NCBI GenBank assembly: GCA_964514585.1
Contig: CAZETU010000003.1
Coordinates: forward strand, 32,001 to 96,000
From: Candidatus Woesearchaeota archaeon
GTDB taxonomy: Archaea > Nanobdellota > Nanobdellia > Pacearchaeales > GW2011-AR1
DNA: 64,000 nt
Reading direction: 5' to 3'
In this document: piece after piece, positions 36,655-46,705 of the stretch
Position numbering within the stretch: position 1 is the stretch's first letter
How the letters are laid out: each line of letters begins with the position of its first letter
Program-made: the position numbers and the translations under genes
Notes under the pieces: model-generated
What the model was told of the DNA's origin: nothing
Seen by the model: only the letters and a program-made list of their open reading frames with translations
Databases searched by the model: none

Positions 36655-38877
36655 TTACTCACTCTCTTTTTTTATTTCTTCGATTGCGAGACGTGCCATA
36701 AGATAGGAAAGTGTTGATTCAGCCCCCTGATTCATGTTTAGGTTGTATTTTCCTATTCCGTCGAAGCAGCCGCCTGTGCTTTCATCGTATACCATTTGAT
36801 TAAGGTGGTTGTTTCCGAAGAACCAGTGGATTGATTGAATTGCGTTTTGATGATATTCTGAATTTTTAGTTACTGTGAAGGCGGTTAAGTATGTATGGAC
36901 TAATGAAGAGGCGTCTACTGGTTGTTGGTCGTAGAGGGCCCGTTTTCCATTTCTTTTGAACCAGCCGTTTTGGCCGATTAGGCAAATTTTGCTATCGACG
37001 AATACTAATTCTGTTAGAAATTTTAGGGATTTTTCTGCTATTTTGAGGTACTCTTCATTTTGAGTTATGTCGTATGCGAGGTAGAGTGCTTCTGGGAGTT
37101 TTGAGTTTGAGTAGGACAGGACTTCTTCGAACCAGTGCCAGTCTTCGGCGCTTTCAAGGTGGTATCTTTGGACGAGGTAGTTTGCTAATCTTTGGATTAG
37201 TGCTAAGATTTCCTTGTTTTGTCCTTTTTGGTAATAGTGATATAATCCTATGATTGAGAATGCGACAGCTCTTGGGGATTTGATGTCGGCGAGAAATCCT
37301 AGGGATTTTCTTATAAGTTGTTCTGATTTGTGTATCATTTCTTCGTCATCTGATTTATTTGTTGTATAACCCAATGCCCATATTGTTCTTCCGAATGAGT
37401 CGTCGCTGTGTGGATCAAGTAGTTCGTTTTCGTTTTTGAAATTGTTTTGAAAATTTCCGTATTTGTCTTGGCATTGTTTGATGAAATTTAGGTATATTCT
37501 TGAGAGCTCTAGTGATTCTTGGGAGTCGAAGAGCTTGGAGTGTAGGACTGCGGCCATTAGGGCTCGGGAATTGTCGTCTATTGTGTATCCTGATGAATCG
37601 TCTGGTTCGGCGTGGTTGCAGAATTGTAGCATTCCGAAGTCGTCTGTCATTCTGATTAGATGGTCTAGTTTTATTTCTGGGAGATTTTCTATTGTTTTGT
37701 CTTGGAGTTTTAGAACTTTGTTGAATAATTTTCCGTAGCTAATTGCGACGTTTTGCCATGTCATGCGTCTGCTGTATGCGTATGCGTTTCTTTCGATTAG
37801 TTTTTTATAATTTGGGTTTGATAGGACTGTATTTATTGCTGTTGCGTATGATTCTGGGTCTTTTTCTTTGGCTATAACTCCTCGGTCTTGGGCTAGGAAT
37901 TCTTTTGCATATTCTATTGGGGAGGAAACTACTACTTTTCCGCATCCCATTGCGTATGATAGAGTTCCGCTTACGATTTGTTTTGTGTCGATATTTGTAC
38001 ATACGTAGATGTCGCTTGCTGTGAGGTATTCTATAAGTTCTTGAAGGGATAGGAATTTGTTGAAGAATTTGACGTGGTTTTTTAGACCGAGTTTTTCGAT
38101 TTCTGCCATTAGCTCTCTTCGGTAAGATTCGCCTTCTTCTCTTTGGATAACTGGATGAGTTTCTCCTATTATTATGTATAAAACGTCGGGATGCTCTTCT
38201 ACTATTTTTGGCATGGCCCGGATCATATATTCAATTCCTTTGCCTCGACTTAGTAGTCCGAATGTCGAGATAATTGTTCTGTTCCCGAAGTGAATTTTTT
38301 GTTTTGCCAATTCCGAACTTCTAAATGGAACGCTTGGAATTCCGTGTGGGATGAAGTGAAGTTTCTCTCTGTCTATTTCATAATCGTTTACTAGGATTTC
38401 GATTGCTTTATTTGCCATGACGACTGCGGTTGATGATTTTTCACATAGGGATTTAATAATTCTTTTAACTGCAGTGTTTGGGGTTGGGAGGACTGAGTGG
38501 AAGATGACTACAATTGGTTTTTCGATTAATTCAAGGAATGGAATTATGTGGTTTCCATATTCGCCGCCGAAAATTCCGAATTCGTGTTGGATGCAGATTA
38601 ATTTGATTTTGTCATTTTCATTGATTTCTTTGGCTTTTTGGATGTAATCGTCGATATCGTCTTTATTTATTTCGATTATTACGTTTTGGTCATAATTGTA
38701 GATATTAGCATCTTCGTTTAAAGCAATGATTCTGGACTTTAGTCCTGGTTCGAAATTTCGGTTCATTGCGGAGGATAAATCTTTGGTAAACGTAGCTATT
38801 CCGCACTCTTTTGGTGGATAATTCCCCAAAAAGCATATCGTTTGACTGTTAGGTTCATCATCGTCTCCTTCTTCCAT
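36655..38877 (-). CDS. GT4 glycosyltransferase fused to a C-terminal six-hairpin-like domain
   Basis: PPKECGIATF, QHEFGIFGG, FGLLSRGKG and SGTLSYAMG motifs; C-terminal domain with DDNSRAL, DSFGRTIW, DQQP and NQGAESTL. Confidence 0.85.
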   Translation of the reverse strand: MEEGDDDEPNSQTICFLGNYPPKECGIATFTKDLSSAMNRNFEPGLKSRIIALNEDANIYNYDQNVIIEINKDDIDDYIQKAKEINENDKIKLICIQHEFGIFGGEYGNHIIPFLELIEKPIVVIFHSVLPTPNTAVKRIIKSLCEKSSTAVVMANKAIEILVNDYEIDREKLHFIPHGIPSVPFRSSELAKQKIHFGNRTIISTFGLLSRGKGIEYMIRAMPKIVEEHPDVLYIIIGETHPVIQREEGESYRRELMAEIEKLGLKNHVKFFNKFLSLQELIEYLTASDIYVCTNIDTKQIVSGTLSYAMGCGKVVVSSPIEYAKEFLAQDRGVIAKEKDPESYATAINTVLSNPNYKKLIERNAYAYSRRMTWQNVAISYGKLFNKVLKLQDKTIENLPEIKLDHLIRMTDDFGMLQFCNHAEPDDSSGYTIDDNSRALMAAVLHSKLFDSQESLELSRIYLNFIKQCQDKYGNFQNNFKNENELLDPHSDDSFGRTIWALGYTTNKSDDEEMIHKSEQLIRKSLGFLADIKSPRAVAFSIIGLYHYYQKGQNKEILALIQRLANYLVQRYHLESAEDWHWFEEVLSYSNSKLPEALYLAYDITQNEEYLKIAEKSLKFLTELVFVDSKICLIGQNGWFKRNGKRALYDQQPVDASSLVHTYLTAFTVTKNSEYHQNAIQSIHWFFGNNHLNQMVYDESTGGCFDGIGKYNLNMNQGAESTLSYLMARLAIEEIKKESE

Positions 38878-39092
38878 GGAGATACGAATTTTTGACGATT
38901 TATAAGTGTTATCGGGGTCGAGTTTTTTAGGGAAAGGTTTATTAAGAATGTCGTGCTTTTCGAGTAAGGTCGATGTTTTAATTAGTTTTTCACTGGGTTT
39001 TAGTAATAAGATAATCTTAAATAATAATTTTGCTGTTTGTTATTCTCCTCGGAAGATTATTTTAAGTAATTCTTGAAAGGGGGTATAAATAT

Positions 39093-40106
39093 ATGAATAA
39101 TAAATTATTATTGAGTGCGACGACGTTTTTGATATTGGTTTTAGCTACGGGTTTCGTTATGGCTGATACTTTGACTATTTCTAGCGATGATACTATGGAA
39201 TGGTCTGCTGATGGTGCTAACTGGAATTCAACTTTTGATACATGGGTTCATTCTGCTTGGCCTACTATTGCTGGTGCTTCGTGGATTTGGAGGACTTCTG
39301 TGACTGATCCTGTTTGGGAATATAACAATGTTCCAGATGGAGGTTGGTATTTTAGGAAGACTTTTGATATTCCGGAATGTGTTGATGAAGATAATATGAC
39401 TGGGACCATGACTGCGGCTGCGGATAATGCATATAGAATGTCATTTAATAGTGTTGATATGGGTGGTCGAGGAATTATGGATAAGGATGGTCCAGATGCT
39501 CAGAGCTGGAAATTAGAGAAGACTTTTAATCTTACGGGCTTAGTTACTGGAGAAAATACTATTGAATTTAGAGCCTTGAATTATTTTAGGACTGGTAGTT
39601 CTTCGAGTAATCCTGCTGGACTGATTTTTCAGATACAAATTGACCTTCCAATTACAGATGGCGACGATGATGGCGTTAGTGATTGTGATGATATCTGTGA
39701 AGGATATGATGACAATCTAGATGCTGACGGCGATGGTATTCCAGACGGATGTGATAACTGTCCAACAAATGCTAATCCAGACCAAGCTGATGTAGATCAG
39801 GATGGTATTGGAGATGTTTGTGACGGTATTTGTAGTGAGACTGTTGAAAATGCTGCATTTTTGAGATTTGGTACGAACCGATGGATTTTTGATAGTACTA
39901 CTAGCGATTTTGTGACCAATTCTCCTAAAGGGAAGGGTCCAAAGAAGTTCTATACTGTTGAAGATACACAAGGTTGTAGCTGTTCTCAAATACTTGACTG
40001 GTTAAATGAATATGATCCAGAAGAGTTTGGCGAGATGAGGGGTCATTACAAGTTTGGTTGTAGCTCAAGTATTATGGATGCATTCTTAGAATTAACATCT
40101 AATTAA
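39093..40106 (+). CDS. Secreted protein: jelly-roll lectin-like domain, TSP3 Ca-binding repeats and Cys-containing C-terminal domain
   Basis: Signal peptide; WIW, FRKTF, ADN and NPAGL motifs; [35 protein letters not shown]. Confidence 0.75.
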   Translation: MNNKLLLSATTFLILVLATGFVMADTLTISSDDTMEWSADGANWNSTFDTWVHSAWPTIAGASWIWRTSVTDPVWEYNNVPDGGWYFRKTFDIPECVDEDNMTGTMTAAADNAYRMSFNSVDMGGRGIMDKDGPDAQSWKLEKTFNLTGLVTGENTIEFRALNYFRTGSSSSNPAGLIFQIQIDLPITDGDDDGVSDCDDICEGYDDNLDADGDGIPDGCDNCPTNANPDQADVDQDGIGDVCDGICSETVENAAFLRFGTNRWIFDSTTSDFVTNSPKGKGPKKFYTVEDTQGCSCSQILDWLNEYDPEEFGEMRGHYKFGCSSSIMDAFLELTSN

Positions 40107-40146
40107 ATCAAATTTTTATTTTTTTTTATTTTATTTTGAAAGAGAA

Positions 40147-40908
40147 TTATTCTTCGGGTTCGCTTGCGATGAATGCCCACCATGGTTTTTTTATCTTGAT
40201 TACTTCACCGTTTTCAGCGTCTACTTGTGCCTGGACTTTCATTTTGGTCTTGAATATTCCTAAAATTTTTGAATGTCTTTTTATTTGTAATTCGTAAGCT
40301 AGTTGTTTATTCTTTCCGACTTCTTTGAGTTCGATAGTACAATTGTTTTCTTCGGAGCATACTCTTAATCTTAATCTTTCGAGTGCTCTTTGTCTAGCTG
40401 TTTCTGGCATTATTTTTATTTCTTTTTTGAGGCCGTTTTTCATTTTGACTTTTAATTTGGAGGTTCCGTTTTCTGTTTCTTCTTCGATTTCGAGCTCTGT
40501 TTCTATTCTAATTTCTCCGAATAAAAGTTCCATTCTATTTTGGGCTAGTTCTCTAACTCTTACGGTTTCTCCGTTTTCTAGTGTGACCTCTCCTGCTCTA
40601 ACCCTTCCTCTGATATATTGCCCTAATCCTCTCTTTGTTTTGTTTATTTTGTCTTTATCATTATCAGTTTCGTTTTCATCATGGTCAACTTCTTTACATT
40701 CATATTCTGGGCAACATTCGCCTAAGTCTTCTTCTTCTAAAATTTCATAATCTTCACATGTAGGCGGTTGACACACTCCTTCACATGTATCTGTTTCGTT
40801 ATCTTCAGTTTCATTTGCTTCTACAGTGCTATTTTCTGCTAAAACTAGTTGGAAGCTTAGAAGGATAACTAATAATCCTAAAATTAGTGCAAATACCTTG
40901 TTTGCCAT
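40147..40908 (-). CDS. Exported protein with C-terminal PepSY-like PWW-tail domain
   Basis: Signal peptide; ends VDAENGEVIKIKKPWWAFIASEPEE. Confidence 0.7.
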   Translation of the reverse strand: MANKVFALILGLLVILLSFQLVLAENSTVEANETEDNETDTCEGVCQPPTCEDYEILEEEDLGECCPEYECKEVDHDENETDNDKDKINKTKRGLGQYIRGRVRAGEVTLENGETVRVRELAQNRMELLFGEIRIETELEIEEETENGTSKLKVKMKNGLKKEIKIMPETARQRALERLRLRVCSEENNCTIELKEVGKNKQLAYELQIKRHSKILGIFKTKMKVQAQVDAENGEVIKIKKPWWAFIASEPEE

Positions 40909-40975
40909 GATTTTGTTTAGGCTTTTTGACTTATAAGTGTTTGTAAATGTTTAAGTATTATTTTATGTTTGGAAT

Positions 40976-41845
40976 TTGATGAATCCTATTGAGAAAATAA
41001 AGCGAGATCATGAGGACATTGAGCGGGAATTGATTGAACTTGAGACGATTATGGAAACGGATAATATTAATTATTCTAATTTGGTTCATGTTCTTCGGAA
41101 GTTGCATGATATGTGGGATGATCATGAGGAGTTTGAGGTTGTTGTTTTTAATGATTTGAAGAATAGAGGTTATGAGATACCTATTGAGAAAATTTTGTTT
41201 GAGCATGGAAATTTTGCTGAGCATCGAGAGAAAATTATTAGAGCTATTGAGTCTGGGAGTGAGACTGGTGTTAAGGCGAGTTTGTTTGATGATGGTAAAT
41301 TTATAATTGAAAAAATTAGGGCACATAAGGATTTTGAGGATGAGTTATTGTATACGATTCCTGATGATATTTTTAATGTGAGTTATAATGATGAGGATTT
41401 AGTTGATGGTCACCATGGAGTTTCTGCTGTTATTAGAAATAGCGAGGGTCATGTTCTGATGCAGGATCATGTTAAGTTTGGGTTTTGGACTATTCCTATT
41501 GGCAAGGCTGATATTGGTGATGACCCTATTGAGGGTTTGAAGAGGGAGATTCTGGAAGAGTGTAATTTGGTTGTTGAAGATGTTCGGGAGATTGTTGCTA
41601 GGGATCAGGTTTATTTTAGAGATGGAAAGAAGGTTAATGTTGTTGTTCATGTTTATGGGGTCTTAGTTCATTCTGGCGAATTAAAAAATAATGAACCATA
41701 TAAACATCGGGAGCAGAAATTTATTCCTGTTGATGAAATAGCTAAGTTTCCCTATTTATCTGATTCAACTGTTTTGTTTTTGGATAGTATTGGGATTGTT
41801 CGGGGCTTTAAGTTAGGAAGCGAGAAGAGGTTTAGCTGGGAGTAG
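40976..41845 (+). CDS. Hemerythrin-Nudix hydrolase fusion
   Basis: N-terminal H12, HEEFE, EH and HKDFE (HxxxE) ligand pattern; C-terminal Nudix GKADIGDDPIEGLKREILEEC. Confidence 0.75.
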   Translation: MMNPIEKIKRDHEDIERELIELETIMETDNINYSNLVHVLRKLHDMWDDHEEFEVVVFNDLKNRGYEIPIEKILFEHGNFAEHREKIIRAIESGSETGVKASLFDDGKFIIEKIRAHKDFEDELLYTIPDDIFNVSYNDEDLVDGHHGVSAVIRNSEGHVLMQDHVKFGFWTIPIGKADIGDDPIEGLKREILEECNLVVEDVREIVARDQVYFRDGKKVNVVVHVYGVLVHSGELKNNEPYKHREQKFIPVDEIAKFPYLSDSTVLFLDSIGIVRGFKLGSEKRFSWE

Positions 41846-41886
41846 GGTTGGGAAACGTTTTTATACTTATTTTCATAGTGAATGTT

Positions 41887-42936
41887 ATGAAAAAAGTGTT
41901 TGTTTTTGTTTTGTTATTGATTATTGTGTCTTCTTTTGTTTTAGCTGATGTTATTTTTCCCACAGAGACTACTGTTTATTTTACTTCTGGAGGTGAGCCT
42001 TACGAAGGAGAAGTTTCTGCTACGGTGAATTGTTGGGGTTATGTTTATGAGCCTGGTCCTCCGGTTGCTGAGCCTCCTGTTGGATATACCCCGGAAATTG
42101 CGTTTACTTTTTCTTTTGATTGTGAGGAGTATAGTTGTGTACATACTAACCCCTATTATTTGAATTATAGATATCTTGAATATTGTAATTTGGTGGGTGA
42201 AGTTGATGGTAGGGAGTTTTTGATAGAGAATTATAGTAATTCTCCGGTTGATTTTGATACTTGTGTAGATACAGGCGAACAAGAAAGTCCTTTGTATGCG
42301 TGGAGAAGTTGTGAGATAACTTTTGAAATACCTGAAGGGGGCGTTGATTGTATTGAAGAATGGGTTTGTGATAATTGTATGGGTGAGTGTGTAGATGTTA
42401 GTGATTGTGGAACGGAGAATGGTAAGCCGACGGCTACTCAGAATTGTGTTTTAGTGGAGCCTCATAAAGAAGGGGAAGGGACGAGTGTAACTCAGACTCA
42501 AAAAATATCTGTCGAGCAAACTCAGACAGTTACTGGTGAGAAAGGTGAAGTTATTGCTGTGCAAAGATCTAGGATTGAGGGAATGGAGATTAGTGTTGTA
42601 GGAAACAAAATTACCGTTGGGAAATATGAAGTTATTTCTTTGAATATGCCTATTATTGAAGATGCTGGTAAGGTTTATATTGAGCATGGAGGGGAGAGGC
42701 GTGAGATGTTGATTACTCCTGAAAATGCTGCCATTAAAACTAGGATTCGTTCTGTTGAGAAGATAATGATTGAGGAACATGAGGGGCAGGCGGCTTATTC
42801 TGTTTATGGAGAAGATAGGGCGATGTTATTTTGGCTTCTTCCTATGACTGCAAAGGTTAAAGGGGTTGTTAATCTTGAGGGGGACTTAATAGACACAGAG
42901 ACTCCTTGGTGGAGTTTTTTAGCTGCAGGAGTATAA
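41887..42936 (+). CDS. Exported protein with Cys-rich middle and C-terminal PWW-tail domain
   Basis: Signal peptide MKKVFVFVLLLIIVSSFVLA; CIEEWVC...DCGT..KP; ends IDTETPWWSFLAAGV. Confidence 0.7.
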   Translation: MKKVFVFVLLLIIVSSFVLADVIFPTETTVYFTSGGEPYEGEVSATVNCWGYVYEPGPPVAEPPVGYTPEIAFTFSFDCEEYSCVHTNPYYLNYRYLEYCNLVGEVDGREFLIENYSNSPVDFDTCVDTGEQESPLYAWRSCEITFEIPEGGVDCIEEWVCDNCMGECVDVSDCGTENGKPTATQNCVLVEPHKEGEGTSVTQTQKISVEQTQTVTGEKGEVIAVQRSRIEGMEISVVGNKITVGKYEVISLNMPIIEDAGKVYIEHGGERREMLITPENAAIKTRIRSVEKIMIEEHEGQAAYSVYGEDRAMLFWLLPMTAKVKGVVNLEGDLIDTETPWWSFLAAGV

Positions 42937-42943
42937 TTTTAAG

Positions 42944-43282
42944 ATGCTTTATGAGACTGGATTTTTGGTGGCTTTGTTGATTACTTTGGTTGTGGAAGTT
43001 CCTTTGTTGTTTATTGTTGTTGGGAATGTTCTGAGGTTGAAGTGTGAGAAGAAGGATATATTATTTGCGGGGATATTCGCTTCTGTTTTGACGCTTCCCT
43101 ATCTTTGGTTTGTATTACCTCCTTATATTTTGGCGAATAATTATGTTTTGATTGGAGAACTGTTGGTTGTGTTTGTTGAAGCTATAGTTTATTTGATGAT
43201 TTTGAAAGTGAGATTTTTGAGAGCTCTGTTGATGTCCGCTTTTATTAATTTGGTTTCTTTTGTTGTTGGGGTTGTTGTTTAG
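42944..43282 (+). CDS. Small 4-TM membrane protein
   Basis: LLITLVVEVP, LTLPYLWFVLP, GELLVVFVEA and INLVSFVVG; starts 7 nt after the upstream gene. Confidence 0.7.
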   Translation: MLYETGFLVALLITLVVEVPLLFIVVGNVLRLKCEKKDILFAGIFASVLTLPYLWFVLPPYILANNYVLIGELLVVFVEAIVYLMILKVRFLRALLMSAFINLVSFVVGVVV

Positions 43283-43328
43283 ATTAAAATTTAGATGCAT
43301 TTATATATTTGATTTATATATTTAGATT

Positions 43329-46300
43329 ATGAGAGGAATGAGGGTTTTTGTATTGCTGATTTTAGTATTTTTGTGTATTGAGTTTGTTTCTTCTGAGAGT
43401 ACGACTTCGTTTGTGTCGACTAATTTTCTTTTGAATTTGTCTGAAGATGGTGGAAAACTTGTTGAGCTAGGTTGGAGAAATGAATCTACCGACTCTTGGA
43501 CGTATTACAATATTAGCATGTGGGGGAGATTTAAGAATGTGACGGGGAGCTATGATACTTTGGATTTTGTTCCGACGATATATAATTTTACTATAGGGAA
43601 TCATACAATTGTGAAGTATGAGATAGATCAGGGTAATGTTTTTTGGAATTTTTGGTTTGACTTGGATAATAATTCCAAACAGTTGGAGGCTTCTCGATTT
43701 GTTCATGTTCCTGCCGGGATTACTCTTACAGGGATTGGAGTTGTTTTTAATGAGACTGATAGTTATACTGATGAGTTGAATTTAAGTTATGTTTATTCGG
43801 ATGTTGGTGGAAGTTATACTGGGGGATATTTTAATTATGATGACGGATATTCGGCTTTAAGGGTGTCTTTTGGAAATTTATTGAATTCTAGCTATTCTAA
43901 TACTTCGAGTCAGCAGATATTTTGGTATAGAAATTTTTCTCAGTTGTGGAATTATAGTATAGATTATAAGCGATTTACATTTGTTCCGTATCTTTTTGGG
44001 AACGATGTTTCTGAACATGATGGTTACATGAAGCAGCATGTTTTTGATCATGATTTGACGAATGTTGAGTTGGCTGGTTCTTGGATTTTGAGGAGTCATA
44101 ATAAGGAGGGGGAGATTAGGGATTGGTTTAATGAGAATGATTATGCAAATAGTTTTAATAACGCTATAGATACTGATGCTGGTTACTGGAGAGATGCTTG
44201 GACGACCGGAACGCTGATCGGGGGGTTGATGGATACTTATAATGTTACTGAAGATATATTTTATTTGATGAGGATGGTTGATATAATTGATTATCAAGTG
44301 AATAGAACTTCTTATACCTTCAGAGATCCTTATTCTGTTAATTGGGGTGGGTTTGCTGATCATCCTATGGGTAGAATAAAATATTCGTTGGAGACTTATG
44401 ATTTGACTGGTATAGATTATTATAAGAATGTGGCAGTTAATTCAACTAATTGGTTTTTTAATACTCAGAATTTTGCTGCTGATGGAAGTCATCAGTATCA
44501 TAATATCACTGACTTTGCATATTCTTTTGAGGGTTTATTTAGAGCAGCTAATTTGAGTGGGAATGAGACGAATATGAATAAGACGAGAGATTGGATGATT
44601 TTTATTGATAACGATGCGTGGCGTGAGACTGAGCAGCTGTACAAAGAGATTAGGAATGAGCGATTTTGGTCTAGGGGGAATGGTTGGTGGCTGGAGTCAT
44701 TTCTTGGGACGATGGGTTATTATCATAATAAATCAGCGATAGATACGAATCGGACTCTTTTAGAAATTAATTTTCGAAAGGCGATTTATTCTTTGCCAAG
44801 TTATCAGGATTCGAGTGGAGCTTGGCGCCAATTAATTAATGATAGCTCTTCGTATTTAGAGTCTTCTGGTACAACGATGATTGCTGCTAGTATGGCTGAA
44901 GGGTTTAGTGACGATTATTTGAATGCGACAGCCCTGGAGACTGCAATTAAGGCTATTTGTAGCATTCATTCTAATGAGTTTTTTAAGATTGATGGGACGA
45001 TTAATAGTACAGATAGAGGGGCTGCGAGCGAGGACCCTTTTCCATATACTCAGCAAGGTTATGTGAAGTTTGCCAGAAATTTAAATATCGAGGAAGTTGT
45101 TATGTTGTCTAATAGGAGTACTTTGTATACGACGTTTGATGAGGGGGTTTTGGTTTGCGATAATGGGACTATTACTGATTCTAATGGATATTCTGTTGGG
45201 GCTAATGATAAGGTTGTGATTAAGGATTATGTTAATGGGACGTCGAGTGTTAAGAATATTACCTTGCTTGGTGTTGATAATAATTTAACTTTGACTTGGG
45301 AAGGGTTTAATGTTTCGGCTGATTATAATGTGACTACTTGGAATTCTACGAGTGTGCAAGATTCTCAGAATGTATCTTCTAATTCTTCTGGGGTTTTGAT
45401 TTTTAATGTTACTTTGAGCGGTGAACATGTGATTGAGGTTGTGAATATTACAATTGAGTCAGACACAACTCCTCCTAATGTTTCGTTTGTTTCTCCATTG
45501 AATCAATCTTATTCTTCTCAGGAATTATTGATAAATATAACGAATAGTTCGGATGCGAGTTCTATTTGGTGGTTTAATGGGACGGATAATTTGACGTATA
45601 CTGCGGCGATTAATTATAATTTTACGGAGGGGAGTAATACGATTATTGCTTATGTTAATGATTCTGAAAATAATGTGAATGCGACTAATTTGACTTTTTC
45701 GATAGATTTGAGTTATCCTGTGATAACTCTTGTGTCGCCTGATAACAATACTGTTTCTTCGGGGAATGGATTGTTTAGATTTAATGTGAGTGATGATGAG
45801 GTGGCTAATTGTAGTTTGATAATTAATAGTTCTATTAATGAAACGAATTCTTCGGTGGTAATTAGTTTGACTCAGAATATGAATGTTAGCTTGCCGGCTG
45901 GGGAAAATTACTGGAGTGTAAATTGTACGGATAGCGTCGGGAATAGGAATGCGAGCGAGGAGAGAGTTGTCACAGTGATTAGGTCGGATGAATTTTCCAT
46001 AAATACGACAAATTTTACTGCGATACACCCTTCTAATTTATCTAATGTTTCGCTTGTACTTGAGAATTCTTTTGGAAAATTGAATTATACTCAGGTTGTT
46101 AATTTGTCTGGTGGGGCTGACTTGGATAGATACGCGAATATTTCGACTAGGAGAATAGAGATTAATTCGACTGGTTTTGATAGGTTGAATATATCTTCCT
46201 TGTTGTATTTTTATGGTGTGACGTATACTAATCCGGGAATTTTAAGAGATGGAGCTTCTTGTTCTGCGTTAATTTGTCAGGAAGTAAGTTATTTGTCTAA

Positions 46301-46700
46301 TATTTTTGTAGTTAATGTTTCGGAGTTTTCTACGTATACTGTTTATGAATCTTATGTGGCACCGCCAGTAGTTCCTCCTCCTGGTGGTGGAGGTAGTAGT
46401 GGGGGAGTTACTCCTGTGGTTGATAATGTAACTAATGAGAGTGTTAATTCTGGTGTGGGTGATGGCAATAGTGGGAGTGGAAGTGATTTGGGTGGCATTG
46501 AGGAATTAGAAGACCCTTTGGATAATGAGAGTGGGGAGGAATTGTCTGATTCTTCTAGTCTTGCTAAAAAAATATATTTTTCTAGTTTTGTAATATTTGC
46601 ATTATTTGTAATAGCTGTGTGGATTTTTTTATGGCGGAAACACAGGAAGAAGAGTGCATCATTAGGAGAGTATGTGGTTAAGAAAGTTTCTGGGGTTTAG
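43329..46700 (+). CDS. Large surface glycoprotein with a GH105/GH88-like domain, Ig-like repeats and TM anchor
   Basis: FWSRGNGW, YQDSSGAWRQLI and YLESSGTTMIAASMAEG motifs; many NxS/T sequons; PPGGGGSSGG linker; C-terminal TM followed by RKHRKK. Confidence 0.78.
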   Translation: MRGMRVFVLLILVFLCIEFVSSESTTSFVSTNFLLNLSEDGGKLVELGWRNESTDSWTYYNISMWGRFKNVTGSYDTLDFVPTIYNFTIGNHTIVKYEIDQGNVFWNFWFDLDNNSKQLEASRFVHVPAGITLTGIGVVFNETDSYTDELNLSYVYSDVGGSYTGGYFNYDDGYSALRVSFGNLLNSSYSNTSSQQIFWYRNFSQLWNYSIDYKRFTFVPYLFGNDVSEHDGYMKQHVFDHDLTNVELAGSWILRSHNKEGEIRDWFNENDYANSFNNAIDTDAGYWRDAWTTGTLIGGLMDTYNVTEDIFYLMRMVDIIDYQVNRTSYTFRDPYSVNWGGFADHPMGRIKYSLETYDLTGIDYYKNVAVNSTNWFFNTQNFAADGSHQYHNITDFAYSFEGLFRAANLSGNETNMNKTRDWMIFIDNDAWRETEQLYKEIRNERFWSRGNGWWLESFLGTMGYYHNKSAIDTNRTLLEINFRKAIYSLPSYQDSSGAWRQLINDSSSYLESSGTTMIAASMAEGFSDDYLNATALETAIKAICSIHSNEFFKIDGTINSTDRGAASEDPFPYTQQGYVKFARNLNIEEVVMLSNRSTLYTTFDEGVLVCDNGTITDSNGYSVGANDKVVIKDYVNGTSSVKNITLLGVDNNLTLTWEGFNVSADYNVTTWNSTSVQDSQNVSSNSSGVLIFNVTLSGEHVIEVVNITIESDTTPPNVSFVSPLNQSYSSQELLINITNSSDASSIWWFNGTDNLTYTAAINYNFTEGSNTIIAYVNDSENNVNATNLTFSIDLSYPVITLVSPDNNTVSSGNGLFRFNVSDDEVANCSLIINSSINETNSSVVISLTQNMNVSLPAGENYWSVNCTDSVGNRNASEERVVTVIRSDEFSINTTNFTAIHPSNLSNVSLVLENSFGKLNYTQVVNLSGGADLDRYANISTRRIEINSTGFDRLNISSLLYFYGVTYTNPGILRDGASCSALICQEVSYLSNIFVVNVSEFSTYTVYESYVAPPVVPPPGGGGSSGGVTPVVDNVTNESVNSGVGDGNSGSGSDLGGIEELEDPLDNESGEELSDSSSLAKKIYFSSFVIFALFVIAVWIFLWRKHRKKSASLGEYVVKKVSGV

Positions 46701-46705
46701 TTATT

